64,000 nucleotides of DNA from Nemertoderma westbladi (lineage: Eukaryota; Animalia; Xenacoelomorpha): the NCBI GenBank assembly GCA_032718475.1, contig JAUCBJ010000321.1, forward strand, positions 1 to 64,000, in the 5' to 3' direction. Shown one piece after another: positions 1 to 11,841 of the stretch. Every line of letters starts with the position of its first letter. Positions within the stretch are counted from its first letter, which is position 1. The notes under the pieces are model-generated. The model did not search any database. It worked only from the letters and a program-made list of their open reading frames with translations, and had not been told where the DNA came from. A program made the translations under genes and the position numbers.

Positions 1-172
1 GTAATAAACACGAATATATTGCACTATTCTACAAAATAATCGCTAAAATAACATTCTACTGAATAAAATTAAAGAAAACGATTATAATAGAATTACATAG
101 TAATACATACATAAATATAAAAATAATAAAATAATATAAAATAATAGAGTCACACACCCACTCCATATGTTG

Positions 173-3100
173 TTACGTTATGGAGTCCCTAGATGTTTGA
201 AGGATTAGGGAGGTGGTCGTGGGAAGAGAATCTTGCCTTCCACAGTTTCCGGAGAGTCCTCCATTCCCTTCCGATAAACACAAACGACCGACTGGGTGAT
301 TGAGTCGCTGCATCCTGAATACAATTCCAGGTTTCCTCTTCGTCCTGGAATAGTGACGATAGAAACATCGCTCAAAGTATATGACGGCGTCACAAAGCCG
401 ATTCCAGGAGCTATAGTGGTCCGTCGCTCTCTGCAGGAGAGGTGAGAGTCCCTGCGAGACGTCTGATGTTCCAGAGCTCCAATCGCTCTCTCTGATCTTC
501 ATGAAGGATCCACTCGCGGTGGGGAGGCCCAGATCCACGGCGTCGTCCCTGGCAACATGTAATACCGACAGATCTATCCCGGGTTCAAATAACTCCGATC
601 CACCCGTCCGGGTTTCAGGTTCAACTTTCTCCGCTCCCTTGGCTGGTCTAATCTCAGTCGGAGTAAGATGGGGAGGCCATTCATTCTCCTTACTCAGGAA
701 GTCGGGTTCACCTAACCAGTCTATAGTATCTGTCAGTTCTTGAGGAGTTGCTCCTCTGGAAGCGATGTCCGTTGGATTAAACTTCTTGGGGCAATATCTC
801 CATTGATCTACATTGGAGCTAAGATTGTCATTATCTGAGGAGTGTGGTGTTCCCTCAGCTGGGTCGTCTCCCTCACTAGTATCATCTTCCCATTCACTCA
901 CCTGGCAGACGCGATCTTGAAGCAGTCTTTCCCTGAGCGTTCTACGGGAAGGTCCAGTAAGGTACCAACCTACTCTAGTTCTTACCGCATATGTCTGTAG
1001 TGGCTGCGGTTGAGCAGGTCGTTTCTCTAATGTCTCCAGCGCCTCATGCGCGTTTTGGCCGATGAGTATTTGCACTCCAGGATAATCAGTCTGGAATCGA
1101 GGTATGTTAAGATGTTGGATGCTCTCATCCTCGTCCCAATTATAAAGGTCTGCTTGAGTAGTAGCGAAGTTCTTTATAGCCACCATTTTCACTGACCTTA
1201 TGCTATGTTCTCCTAGTTCGTCCTGGGGGGTGGACAACGCGCCTACATAATAATCAGCTGTTACTGTAGATTTCCAAACTTGCATGATTCCTGACATGTT
1301 TAGCTTGGTTCGGAACTTGGGTTGTCCAGCAAAGATGACTTCGGCTAGTTCTTTATCGATGAATGTTCCTGTGCTACCGGAGTCCAGGAGGGCGTTCACT
1401 ATATAGCTCTTCTGAGGTCCGTGGACCCGTAACTGGACTACAGGAAATTCTCGGATTCCTATATTGGAAGTTGGCGCTTTCCAAGATGGTTGTTGATCTG
1501 AAGTAGTTAGGGTGAGGTCGCTGTCTGTGTCTTTTTCATACACGAGTGCTCGATACACTGCGGTGGTGTTTATTAGGTAACAGGATTCGTTTTGGTCGGA
1601 GAACTCGTCCATATAGAATCCTTCCATCTCAGATTGATCAGTGTCGTTCACATCACTGAATTGGACATGTAGTTCGGACTCACTTACCTGACTCGGGCTG
1701 TTTCGTTCGAATTCCGTGTGCAACAAGATATGATGTTTTGCGCCGCACTGTGCACACCTTGCGTCGGAGTTACAGGTTCGCCGTTGGTGTCCTCGTCTGA
1801 GGCAATTATAACACAACCGCTTATCCCACATGACTTCACGTCTATCCTCGAGTGATTTCCTCAGGAATTTATCACACGCATTTAAACGGTGGGGCCCGTC
1901 GCACAGCACACATTTCGGCTTGATGTTACTTACTTTAACCTGTGCTATGTGGTGCACACTTGTTCTTTCCTCGGGCTTTCTCACCTGAATTCTTTTAGGA
2001 GACGTAGGAAGGGTTTTTTGTACCGGTTCCCTTCTGTCATTGGGTCGAGACTTGGATTTACTTACCTGATCTTTAGGCATTTTATTGACATAATAAGATC
2101 TGTCAGTGTCTTTCCCGCTGTCCTCTCCTTGAGAAGTTTGGCTTTCACCATCGTCGGTATAACATACTGGTGTTACCCTTCTCCTAGAAACGGGTTTCTC
2201 ACTTACCTTGTTTTCCAATGTCTTCTCTCTGGACTGCCTTAGGAGCTGTAATTTCACCTCGCTATCCAAGAATGACATGAGATCAGTCATGGTAGGGTCT
2301 CGTTGTTGTTGTTCCATCATATATAACACTTTCTTATCCCAGCGTGTACCTACTCCACCCTTCGGTAAAGCAGAAGCCACTGCTCTAATAACCATAGCAC
2401 TCTGATACTCATGAGACTTACCTAGCCAATCTAATTGTCTGCAGATCTCCTGAATTTCATCGGAAAACTCTATAATCCCGCTGCTAATAAACTTTCGGGG
2501 TGCTACCAACTTTGCATACAAATACCCAGCTATGTTATTCCTATTACCATACCTGATGTTTAGTGTATCCCAAACTTGTCTTAATCCGTCTGGATGTCCA
2601 ATAAACCTTAACGCCATTAACTTGGGAGATCCTTCCAAGCACTCGATGAGGTATCTAAGTTTTTCTCCATTAGATAGTACGGAGTTCTGTATGTTATCTT
2701 TGTAATATTCATTAAAAGGTAACCATTTCATCTCATCTCCATTGAACTTAACGATCTCTCCCACCTTTACCGCTTGCCGGGCTTCGGTTCTAGCCATTTG
2801 ACGCGTAAAACTTTCTTGGGCCATCATGCTATTTAATATCGAGTTATCGGCATATAAATTTCTCGGATTATGATCAGTTCTATATGGAATATCATTATCA
2901 ACAGGTCTATAATTACCCTTAATAGGGTTCACTATAGGAGTTTCTACTTCGCTAGCAGTATATATGCGTGTAGGCTCCACACCTTGCGCATGCGATACTT
3001 CAGACCTAACAGGTTGACACATTGTTACAGAGGGTGGTGGTATACCCCTTTGTGTATTTACTAATTTATCGCGTTCTAGCGCGATACTTTGCTGCACTTC

Positions 3101-5008
3101 TTGCAACTCTAGCCTACTTTCCCTTACTGTGCCCTTGAATTGCTGGACAGTCTCCTGCATCTGCCCGAGCAGGATATCCATCCCCCGCCGTCTCTCGTCC
3201 ACCCATTCGACCGCCGAAGCGGGAGTCGCCAACGTTGTAGCGGGCGGACGAGGGACAACGGGCGACAAATTATGAATATTTCGCTCGGGGTCCAGGACCT
3301 GAACTGTCTCTGGGGCAGTTCTACGGGGCACAGGTAGCTTAGTGCTATGCAGAGGGAATTTAGAAGTAGTTTCAGGGAGCACAGGTGTGTCTATCACCGA
3401 AGGGGTGGCTTCAAGAACAGGCCTAATTATTTCAGGCTCATCTACTATAGTAGGGAGTCTTTCTATTGTAATTATTTGGTCTGTGGGCTCTGTACTACCT
3501 AAGTTGGTGTTATTTAGTTGCCTTCTAACAGCTGGAGGCAAATCAGGCAATTTCTGACGGTGGAATGTTCTTTTACTTCTGCTTAGGCGAGATCGATTTC
3601 TTCCGCCTTCAGTGTAGGTGGTATCGCCTTCCTCAGATGATGTATACCCCTGTCTCTTGGGAGTAGATCGACTCATCATCTGCATATTGCTCGCTGTTAA
3701 CTGTTTATTGAAGTTGTCTTGCTTCTCTTGAAGAATTTCCAACTCTAGTTGGGTTGCCTCTTCCGATGCCCTCCATTCTGCTTCTACCACTGCCTCTGCT
3801 ATTGCCAGTGCCGCTTTTCTTTCGGTTTCTGCCGCTGCCTCTGCTACTGCCGCTTTCCTTTCCGCTTCGGCCTCTGCCATTGCCAGTGCCGCCTTTCTTT
3901 CCGCTTCTGCCTCTGCCACTGCTGCTGCCACTGCCGCTGCCTTTCTATCGTCTATACGTTTTTTCTTTAATTGTTCTTCTTGGTCTCTAGCGATGCGGAG
4001 TTGTTCATCGAATTTAGCTTGGTTTGCCGCTAACCTATCCACATCAATTGCATCCAACACACGCTGGGCTCCTTCACTATTAGGGCTAAGCCCATCTAGT
4101 CTTCTCCGCAACTCTTCATCACCTACGAAACGCTGATAGTCTGACAGATAGATGTCAATGGCATCCCTCTTATGCGGTTTCTCTGCTGTCGCTTCACTTT
4201 CCACTTGGGAAAAAGTAGCGTCTGTTGATTCTCCATGGGTTGAGCGCTCCTCTAACTGAGCTTTCCACTGAGCTGCTCCTTGAACCTGGCGACTCACCCG
4301 TTGAAACCAAGTCTTTACGGCAACTTGCAATGACGTGTCTTGTTTTCTTTTAGAAGCCTCCTCAAAGGCGGATAAGATTAGCCTAATCCGCAGAACTCTT
4401 TCTCTAACTTGATAAAGCAGCGATCCCTGCTCTTGAGGTCCTTGAGGTTGTTGAAAAAGTTGCTTTTCTATTCGCTCCATAGAGCTGAAGAATCCCTGTG
4501 CGTATCCGGCTGCGGACCTCTTCCATACAGCTGGATCGATGGTTTCCTTGGCTACTCCCATCCGGTGTATGTCTTCCCAGGCAGCTTCTGATAAATCAAA
4601 CGGGAATCCGGGTCCGGGGAAGTTCCATTGCGACTCGACAATAGACTTCAGTTCTTCACTAGTGTATCCCGCGTAGCTATCTCTAGTTGACTGCTGACTT
4701 CTCGCCCAATCGATCTGGTGTTCTTCCACCGCGATCAATAACCCAGCGAGCACGGCTGCAGGAAGGATGAGAAGGGGATCCGTATAAACCGCATCCGTCA
4801 TCTCTGCTCCGCTCTCGGGTGTCAGCTCTACAGTATCCTCACTACTGGAGCTGCTGGGCCGCTGAGGAATAAGTTCTTGACTAGTGGGTTGTTGCTGTTC
4901 CGCTGCCTTTTGGTCCCGCTTGACCTGAGCTCGGGTGCCTATGATAGACCTACGATGTTGGACTAGCCTAGGTTCTGTTATTACTACTGGAGGGATGACC
5001 TTCCTCAC
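173..5008 (-). CDS. BEL/Pao Gag-protease polyprotein lacking RT, most of RNase H and recognisable integrase
   Basis: DUF1759-like Gag core (KFNGDEMKWLPF...EKLRYLIECLEG); three knuckles CVLCDGPHRLNAC, CYNCLRRGHQRRTC, CAQCGAKHHILLH; protease ALLDSGS...ILIGQN...GWYLTGP; RNase H tail QWRYCPKKFNPTDIASRG; linker YSSWNRL. True start uncertain (first ATG at 4801). Confidence 0.9.
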   Translation of the reverse strand: MRKVIPPVVITEPRLVQHRRSIIGTRAQVKRDQKAAEQQQPTSQELIPQRPSSSSSEDTVELTPESGAEMTDAVYTDPLLILPAAVLAGLLIAVEEHQIDWARSQQSTRDSYAGYTSEELKSIVESQWNFPGPGFPFDLSEAAWEDIHRMGVAKETIDPAVWKRSAAGYAQGFFSSMERIEKQLFQQPQGPQEQGSLLYQVRERVLRIRLILSAFEEASKRKQDTSLQVAVKTWFQRVSRQVQGAAQWKAQLEERSTHGESTDATFSQVESEATAEKPHKRDAIDIYLSDYQRFVGDEELRRRLDGLSPNSEGAQRVLDAIDVDRLAANQAKFDEQLRIARDQEEQLKKKRIDDRKAAAVAAAVAEAEAERKAALAMAEAEAERKAAVAEAAAETERKAALAIAEAVVEAEWRASEEATQLELEILQEKQDNFNKQLTASNMQMMSRSTPKRQGYTSSEEGDTTYTEGGRNRSRLSRSKRTFHRQKLPDLPPAVRRQLNNTNLGSTEPTDQIITIERLPTIVDEPEIIRPVLEATPSVIDTPVLPETTSKFPLHSTKLPVPRRTAPETVQVLDPERNIHNLSPVVPRPPATTLATPASAVEWVDERRRGMDILLGQMQETVQQFKGTVRESRLELQEVQQSIALERDKLVNTQRGIPPPSVTMCQPVRSEVSHAQGVEPTRIYTASEVETPIVNPIKGNYRPVDNDIPYRTDHNPRNLYADNSILNSMMAQESFTRQMARTEARQAVKVGEIVKFNGDEMKWLPFNEYYKDNIQNSVLSNGEKLRYLIECLEGSPKLMALRFIGHPDGLRQVWDTLNIRYGNRNNIAGYLYAKLVAPRKFISSGIIEFSDEIQEICRQLDWLGKSHEYQSAMVIRAVASALPKGGVGTRWDKKVLYMMEQQQRDPTMTDLMSFLDSEVKLQLLRQSREKTLENKVSEKPVSRRRVTPVCYTDDGESQTSQGEDSGKDTDRSYYVNKMPKDQVSKSKSRPNDRREPVQKTLPTSPKRIQVRKPEERTSVHHIAQVKVSNIKPKCVLCDGPHRLNACDKFLRKSLEDRREVMWDKRLCYNCLRRGHQRRTCNSDARCAQCGAKHHILLHTEFERNSPSQVSESELHVQFSDVNDTDQSEMEGFYMDEFSDQNESCYLINTTAVYRALVYEKDTDSDLTLTTSDQQPSWKAPTSNIGIREFPVVQLRVHGPQKSYIVNALLDSGSTGTFIDKELAEVIFAGQPKFRTKLNMSGIMQVWKSTVTADYYVGALSTPQDELGEHSIRSVKMVAIKNFATTQADLYNWDEDESIQHLNIPRFQTDYPGVQILIGQNAHEALETLEKRPAQPQPLQTYAVRTRVGWYLTGPSRRTLRERLLQDRVCQVSEWEDDTSEGDDPAEGTPHSSDNDNLSSNVDQWRYCPKKFNPTDIASRGATPQELTDTIDWLGEPDFLSKENEWPPHLTPTEIRPAKGAEKVEPETRTGGSELFEPGIDLSVLHVARDDAVDLGLPTASGSFMKIRESDWSSGTSDVSQGLSPLLQRATDHYSSWNRLCDAVIYFERCFYRHYSRTKRKPGIVFRMQRLNHPVGRLCLSEGNGGLSGNCGRQDSLPTTTSLILQTSRDSIT

Positions 5009-6493
5009 AGTGGGAGGTGAACTGAACTTACGACCAGACGGTTGTACGTCTCAATCTGAGTTGCAGATAGTTACATCTAATAAACTGTCTGACAGGTTAT
5101 GCTTAGTATCAGACATGACTAGGTATGTACAGTTGAATGCCTACTGCTATATTACAGTCTAAGCAAGTCTAGTAACTCAGTATGAACTGCTAGCCTAGTA
5201 ATTAATTACCGTTACTGCTACTCAGTGTAGCGTGATATATATATAATATATTAGAATACCGGTATACTTATAGTATATATAACTATATAAGTATTATTAC
5301 AGACTAGGTTTATCACAGAATACCGGTATAATTTTAGCACAAATATATATAATATATAATAGGCCTATCGGAATACCGGTATACAGCTTACTGTTTGTAG
5401 TATATATAATTCTAGAATAGAATTAATTACAAGTACCGGTATAATTTCAGCCTAGATTTATTGAAATAAAGATAATAGGCCTATCGTAAATACCGGTATA
5501 TCAATTATTTTGGAATAATTGAATTTCTGAACTTTAGGGTTACTTGGTTACTTTAACTTACTTTTTTACCGTTATTTGAGCAGTAGTCCAACTGATATTG
5601 AGACCTAATTGTTATATGGTAGGCCTACTATTTATAAATCGTTAGATTTGATTTATAATATATATATACCCGTTTTAATGGGTTTTGTCAATGTTTGAAA
5701 TAAATGTTATTATTTCTGGGGTAATCACTACACAAAGCGGTACGCTTTTAGTGAAGTGTTACGTATAGGACACTAAAACAAATAATTCTAATTTACCTAA
5801 GTTACTTAATACTACAAATTACGTACAATTCGGGTGAGATTACAATCTCTAAATAAACACAAAAATTTACAAAAAACACAAAACACGAATTTTTAGGGTA
5901 ATTTTACAAGAAGTCTACAAACCAGCCTAACAAAGGGTTAGATAACCGGTTATTACAACGGACAGGGTACTACGGTATTTGAAATAATAAGTAGTAGTAA
6001 ATACACTGCGTTGTCTAGATAGGAAAATACCACCGCCTGACGACCTATAGCCGTATCGCTATAGGTTCTACGTTATGTATCACGGAGTGTTCCTACCTAG
6101 AAGTTAATAGAGCTAATCGAATGTGCCTATCAACCACTTTACAACACAAATATAATGCCTACACTAATTACTTCGGAAAGTACTGTACACTAAACCCTAA
6201 ATTAGGTACGAGTACTTGTACAACAGATAATCAGTAGTTAAATATACTTGAACAGCTAAAAGAACCACGGCATCTGCTGGAGTGACCGATGCACAAAATC
6301 ACCAGTCTTTACCTACGCCGAGCAGCCCGTGTAGTACCGGGGTTAATTTAACTATAGCGGTATGTATAACAAACACAATTACTGTAGGAACAAACTTAGG
6401 GAATGAATGTTGCGGATAATCGCATAAACTCTGAATAATAAATATTACGCTACGCGTACAAACTACTCAAACAAAATACAGACCGAACACTGA

Positions 6494-7010
6494 CAGACTA
6501 CTATCAAGCCTAAACAAACTACGGTATATGCAGACTCCGAAATGATTAGGGAGTATGCGCTCTAACCCAGTAGTGCGACTTATTCTTTAGTTGGGGGTTT
6601 ACCTTACAGCGTTCGCTGCCCCTACTGCCTAACCGTACTTAATCGGACAGATGATCTACACACGCGGCAATCCGTTCAGACCTAATAACAGCCAGACAAC
6701 TATCCAGCCTACAAATTATCTAAATAAAATTATACGCTACCTGTACAGACTTACACAAACAAAGTACAGACCAAACGATGGCAGACTACTCTCAAGCCTA
6801 AATAAACTACAGGACATGCAGACTCCGAAATGATTAGGGAGTATGCGCTCTAACCCAGTAGTGCGACTTATTCTTTAGTTGGGGGTTTACCTTACAGCGT
6901 TCGCTGCCCCTACTGCCTAATCGTACTTAATCGGACAGGTGATCTACACACACTGCAATTCGTTCGGACCTAACAGCAATCAGACAACAGCTCAGCCTAC
7001 TAATCGTCTG
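6494..7010. repeat. Tandem duplication (period ~288 bp) in the retrotransposon leader
   Basis: gactccgaaatgattagggagtatgcgctctaacccag...gatctacaca occurs at 6533 and 6821 with a near-identical core. Confidence 0.9.
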
Positions 7011-7327
7011 TACAATCTGATCAGGCTTACACGCCTTCTGTTCAATACTGGCCTACAAATAAATAAAACTTGACAGAAATAAGTAAAATCTCAATAAAAA
7101 ATCAGGGCGGCCGTTCCCTGATTAAGTACTAAGACCTACCGGTATACAACTATCAAAATCGAATAATACTGCTGTACCTGTACTGCTGTAGGTACCGGTC
7201 CGGGTGGTTAGGTAGTCAGGCCTACTGGTACCGGTTCTGGCAGTTGGGCCTACTGACCTACAGATGTACCGGTTGACCGGTACTTTCAACTTTATTGCTT
7301 ACTGCAATAAGAAGCTATATCCTTTAA

Positions 7328-8469
7328 TGTTCGCGCTTTCAGACCTTTGGCAGTTTAACCCACCAAATTAAGATGTCTTCTAGATATTAAATCGGTTTTT
7401 AGTCTATGACAAGTATTTGATTCACTACACTAGTCGAAACCAATCTGTGCGCGATCATTCACTATATACTCTATATAGTACTATATAATCTCTGACAATA
7501 TTATTCACCTTCGGTAATATTAACAGTTCCTTTAGGACGTGGCGCTTTATCTATATAAACAGAGTTATGACTTAAACTACTCACAACGATATGGCTTAAT
7601 TATAATTCACATATATGGCGCATTCTTTAGGAATTGCTTCTTTAACAGACTCACTCATACACAATGCTGCACAATACTGCACACTAATCTGCCAATCTTC
7701 ACTGATTTTAGTCACATATAAAAGGAACACAGACTGACTCATATAGGGTCTATCAAATAACATTAGATTCACTTCAAACCACTTTAACATAAGTCACAAT
7801 CGTTTATCTGTAACCCTTCTCTCTTACCTTCGGTATATCAAGAATATTGGGTTTCGGGGTTATTTATCGTTATTCCAAATATAATTATTCATCAACCATA
7901 TTATGAAGAACTGACGGTAAATAGCAGTATAAAAATAACACTGAACACTGATTGTTATGAGTTTGCAATGTTTCAGCAGTCAGTATGTATGATCAGTTAG
8001 CAGTGATTCCATGAGTTAAAGGATATATGCCCTTTATAATTAAACCTACTAGTGTAAGACTAAAAACTGAAACACGGAGGTGCCAAAAGCCGGTTCTTAG
8101 GCTCTGAGCAAAAACATAACACTGAACTACTGAGTTTCTGTATATACCTCCAACACAGAGATAACAAACGCTCTGATTGGTCAACCTGAACAACGAGAGA
8201 ACAGAGAAACAAAGAAACGTCGACGTGGCAATATCAGCTGCTAGCCGTCGTCATGGTAGCGACACTGTTTTCAAGAGTATCGAGCTTTTACGTCACGGAA
8301 TTACGGATTATGTCCTCTAAAGTACAAATACAGAAGAAATAGCTTTTATGTCCGCTAAAACACCAGTACAGCAAGGACCCGGCCTTTTTATGCCTGGTAA
8401 ACCAACTACAGAGTATTTTACGGGAAAAATAAGGAAAAATAACCGGACAATTCAGCAAAAGCTTTTACA
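7328..8469 (-). repeat. 5' LTR of element A (~1.14 kb)
   Basis: On the minus strand it starts TGTAAAAGCTTTT (8469) and ends GCGCGAACA (7328); colinear with 11842-13035 (shared blocks ccaatcagagcg, gcgccacgtcctaaaggaactgttaatatt, ggcagattagtgtgcagtattgtgc). Confidence 0.85.
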
Positions 8470-11400
8470 CAATTAATCGGTGGTGCCCCGGTAGTGGGTT
8501 CGTTAGACATTCGCCCATCCTACTTAGCCGGATTGGGATGCGGGCATCTAATATCCCCATTTGATCCTTACAATCGTCCAGGATTAAACCCGATGCAACC
8601 CGCCACGGAAGTCGAGGAGAGCGTTATAAGAAACGCTTTAGACGCTATTCGACAGAAGATCGGAAAGGGAACACAAGATTGTTTAGAGAAACGTAAATTA
8701 CAACAACAAGTCCAATCGGTGAAGGAGTTAGCCTTGCCACAGTTCGATAGAGAAATCCAAAACCTCGAGGAGGACATCGAGCTTGGACGCACTTATTCTC
8801 TACAAGAGTTTCTAGATGAACGCTTACAGAGACAAGCGGAGGAAAATCTACTCGAGGAGAAACACACTAAATTGGACGAGAGAGAAGAAGCCGCTTTAGC
8901 CCAACCCGAAGCTCAAATCCTTATGACAGATCTCTACTCTAAAACCGTCCGTCATCCCTCGATGGTTCCACATTTCGGAGACAAACTCTTCGCGACGATA
9001 CAACCCCAACCGGTTGATATCAGTACAGGATCGCAAAATCTTATCGCTGATGCCCCTATGTTACAGCGTCCGCCAATCGAGGCTGCTCGTGTTGACGGTA
9101 TACTCGTTGAACCTCCGGACAATCGAGCGGATCTTGTCCGTTGTATGGTACATGATGTCAACATACGCGCTAGACCTTTACAGAACTCGTTTTATGGGAT
9201 CAAAGACCACCCTTATTACGTTAATCTGACTCAATATTATATGGTAAAACCAGAAGACCCGACGCATAATTTAAAGTTTCTACCACTAATAAATCCTCTA
9301 GACGTTGTCGAACTCGAACAATTGCAGAAACATCTGGATCAGTTAGTAAAGGTAAACTCATTCAGAAAACCATATAACATTTCTCGAATCGAGAAGGATA
9401 TAGAACCTCCTTATAATCTCGATGGATTTATTAAAACTCGATTAGTCCATTGGAATCTAGATGTATTATTTGAAGAAGAGAAAATACAAAGATATGGAAA
9501 TGTGGAGACGTATACCACTCGGCACATGAAGTATAGTGATCTCCCAGACGCTAACCAATGCGCCACCTTGTGGCATCCAGTAGGGATGACCCTAGAGAAC
9601 GCCACCAAAGAGTGGAATGAAACTCTTAATGTCATTGAGATGTATGGAGTTGTCACCTACGATAATGAAGGTAGCGTTCCGGTCAGAGAACTAGGAACTA
9701 CGCGCATGATCCACATACGCGGATTAGCTGGTTCTACCCCACGTGTTTACTCGAGCGTGTTCCGACGTGATTGATTATTCCTTTGAAACTCTCACCGAAA
9801 CGCAAAAGAATCTCTGACATGGACAATTCGAACTCGCGCAGCGTTACGTCATTGACACCGAACGCAAACCGGCCATGGGTATCGATGGATCGATGTTACC
9901 CCAGCCCATACTCGAGATGTTGTTCAACGAAAGAATCCTTAAAATCGGCTCAGCTGTTTATGGAGATCTCCAAAACGACTTTCGGAATATGGAAAATATC
10001 CCATATCCTTTCGTGGATACGCAGCTGATTGCTCCCTGGGCAGAAGGTCGAGGTTTCTTTCGCACCATGTATGCTCATACGTCCAGCAACATTACAAAGG
10101 TGCAACGAACTTCCATCGGACATCTTGCCTTTCAGGAATACGGATGGAATTTCAAAGTCGGAAATCCCATCAACTATCAACAAGTATACGGAGACCATTA
10201 TTCTCGATTATACTTTGATGGACCATTGACCGCACCTGGCGCCGTGTATAGCTTCATGAGTGTTCCACTCCGTCCCTCCTTAGTTATCTACACGATCTTT
10301 GAAAACACCGCACTTTGCGGTTGGCTAGCCGATGTGTGCAGTCGTACTATACGCGCCCATCCATTAATACTTGGGACCAAACTCGCTAAGCTAGATGAAC
10401 ATAATAAATTCATCCGCTTCGAATGTTTCTGGCGATTTTTAACCCCGTTCCGCAACGTGGATAGCCAATTTAAAGACCGCGCTTTGACCAAGCTCAGCCT
10501 AAGAAACTCAGCTGCAGAGAAGTTAGATAGCGCTGGATTTGCCATTTTCAAAGAGATTTGTATATCGAACTTGCACTCCTCTGTTATACAAAGACATCGA
10601 ATCCCCACAGGTTATTCTGTCGTGGAAATTCAGACAATAGGTCCACTTGAAGAGACAGACACGCCCACCTCAGCTATGCACTGGGAAGACGAACCAATAT
10701 GCCTAGAATCTGAGGAGATTCAGCCTATCGCGCCCCGGAACAGCGACAACGATTACATCCTAGAATGGTATCAAGGTCCACAGTGTCTCACTGCGTACGA
10801 TTATCGCCATGCCAACTATGTTTCTCGGCAACGTTGTCGGTTATGCGCATCGAGAGACCATGTTACGCCCATGGACACAAACGTCCGCTGTTCCTATTTC
10901 CACGAACAACCGGCGATGGAAATTTATTGCGCATATTGCAGACTCAATAACTTGCTTATTTTTGCGGTTTGCCCTCAATTTATGACTCAATGTCACCATT
11001 GTCAACTAAAGGGACACGCCAGTTTCGATTGCCCTTTTAATCACGATTTGGAAAGCGTAGATGAAATGATCACACTACGTTACATCAGAGCTTGGGAAGC
11101 GAACGCTGATTTACATTGTGATTCGCACCATCGCTATTATCCTGGACGCGCTTACGAAGGAGTTTATGCGTTCCATCCTTATCTATTCGCTTCTGTCGAA
11201 CAGAAATCACGCATATCGAGTTACGAACTACTGAAGCGTGTCGGAGAATGTATTTCAACCAAATTCGTACGCAAATTTCTCAGGAGTGTTAATCCTAGCG
11301 ACCTTCATTCCTATAACTTAATCAATTTTATCCGTCAGGATCTGGACTATGGAGACTTATTTGTTAACTCACACCCCGAGTTACAGGAAGTATATCGACG

Positions 11401-11764
11401 GCCTTACGAATACCGAGCCCGCGAACGCGAGTTGGAAAGAACCATTAAACCCAGGAAGTTTCTGACTGCCTATGGTCCACCCACGGCTCTCGTTCAGACC
11501 ACTCGTAAAGGACCCGTAAGAGCGGCCGTCCTAAAAAGCGTTCTAAAGGCCGTTAGACCCCTCTCCCCCGACGTTGATGTCAACCAACCCGGCACTTCGA
11601 CTGGCGGATACACCGACCATAATCCTACACCCTCTGATGCAATCATATTGCACCCTTCACCCAGGAGTTATAGCCCTCCTTGTAAAGTGGCTCGCCCCAA
11701 AGAGAAAAAGACTCTGGCCAGCTTTAAAAAACTGCGTAAACGCCGTCCGCGCAAGAAAGACTAA
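8470..11764 (+). pseudogene. Retrotransposon accessory ORF (>=~1090 codons): coiled coil + DEDDy 3'-5' exonuclease-like domain + CCHC-type zinc knuckles; split by a frameshift (~9737-9740) and a TGA (9815-9817)
   Basis: ORFs 8494-9774 and 9875-11764 join if one C is removed from cccc at 9737-9740 and the TGA is read as CGA. Motifs VVTYDNEG, LPQPILEMLFNERILKIGSAVYGD, FVDTQLIA, SIGHLAFQEYG, PLRPSLVIYTIFE; CHHCQLKGHASFDC. Confidence 0.7.
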
Positions 11765-11828
11765 CTGTTTAGAGTATTTACGTATATTAGAAATTGTGAT
11801 TTTGTATATTTATAGACTTGAATCCCAT

Positions 11829-11841
11829 TTTCTGGGAGCGG
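11829..11841 (+). other. Short polypurine tract preceding the 3' LTR
   Basis: tttctgggagcgg abuts TGT at 11842. Confidence 0.6.

Larger units (their letters stand above)
1..8469 (-). mobile_element. BEL/Pao LTR retrotransposon A (5' LTR, long leader, gag-protease ORF; non-autonomous, 3' end outside window)
   Basis: LTR at 8469->7328 (TGT...ACA), ~2.3 kb leader, then a 1611-codon ORF with BEL-type Gag knuckles and aspartic protease. Confidence 0.88.

Noticed and set aside
8494-11764. env gene
   Set aside because: No transmembrane segment or fusion-protein features in the visible part; motifs are nuclease- and zinc-knuckle-like
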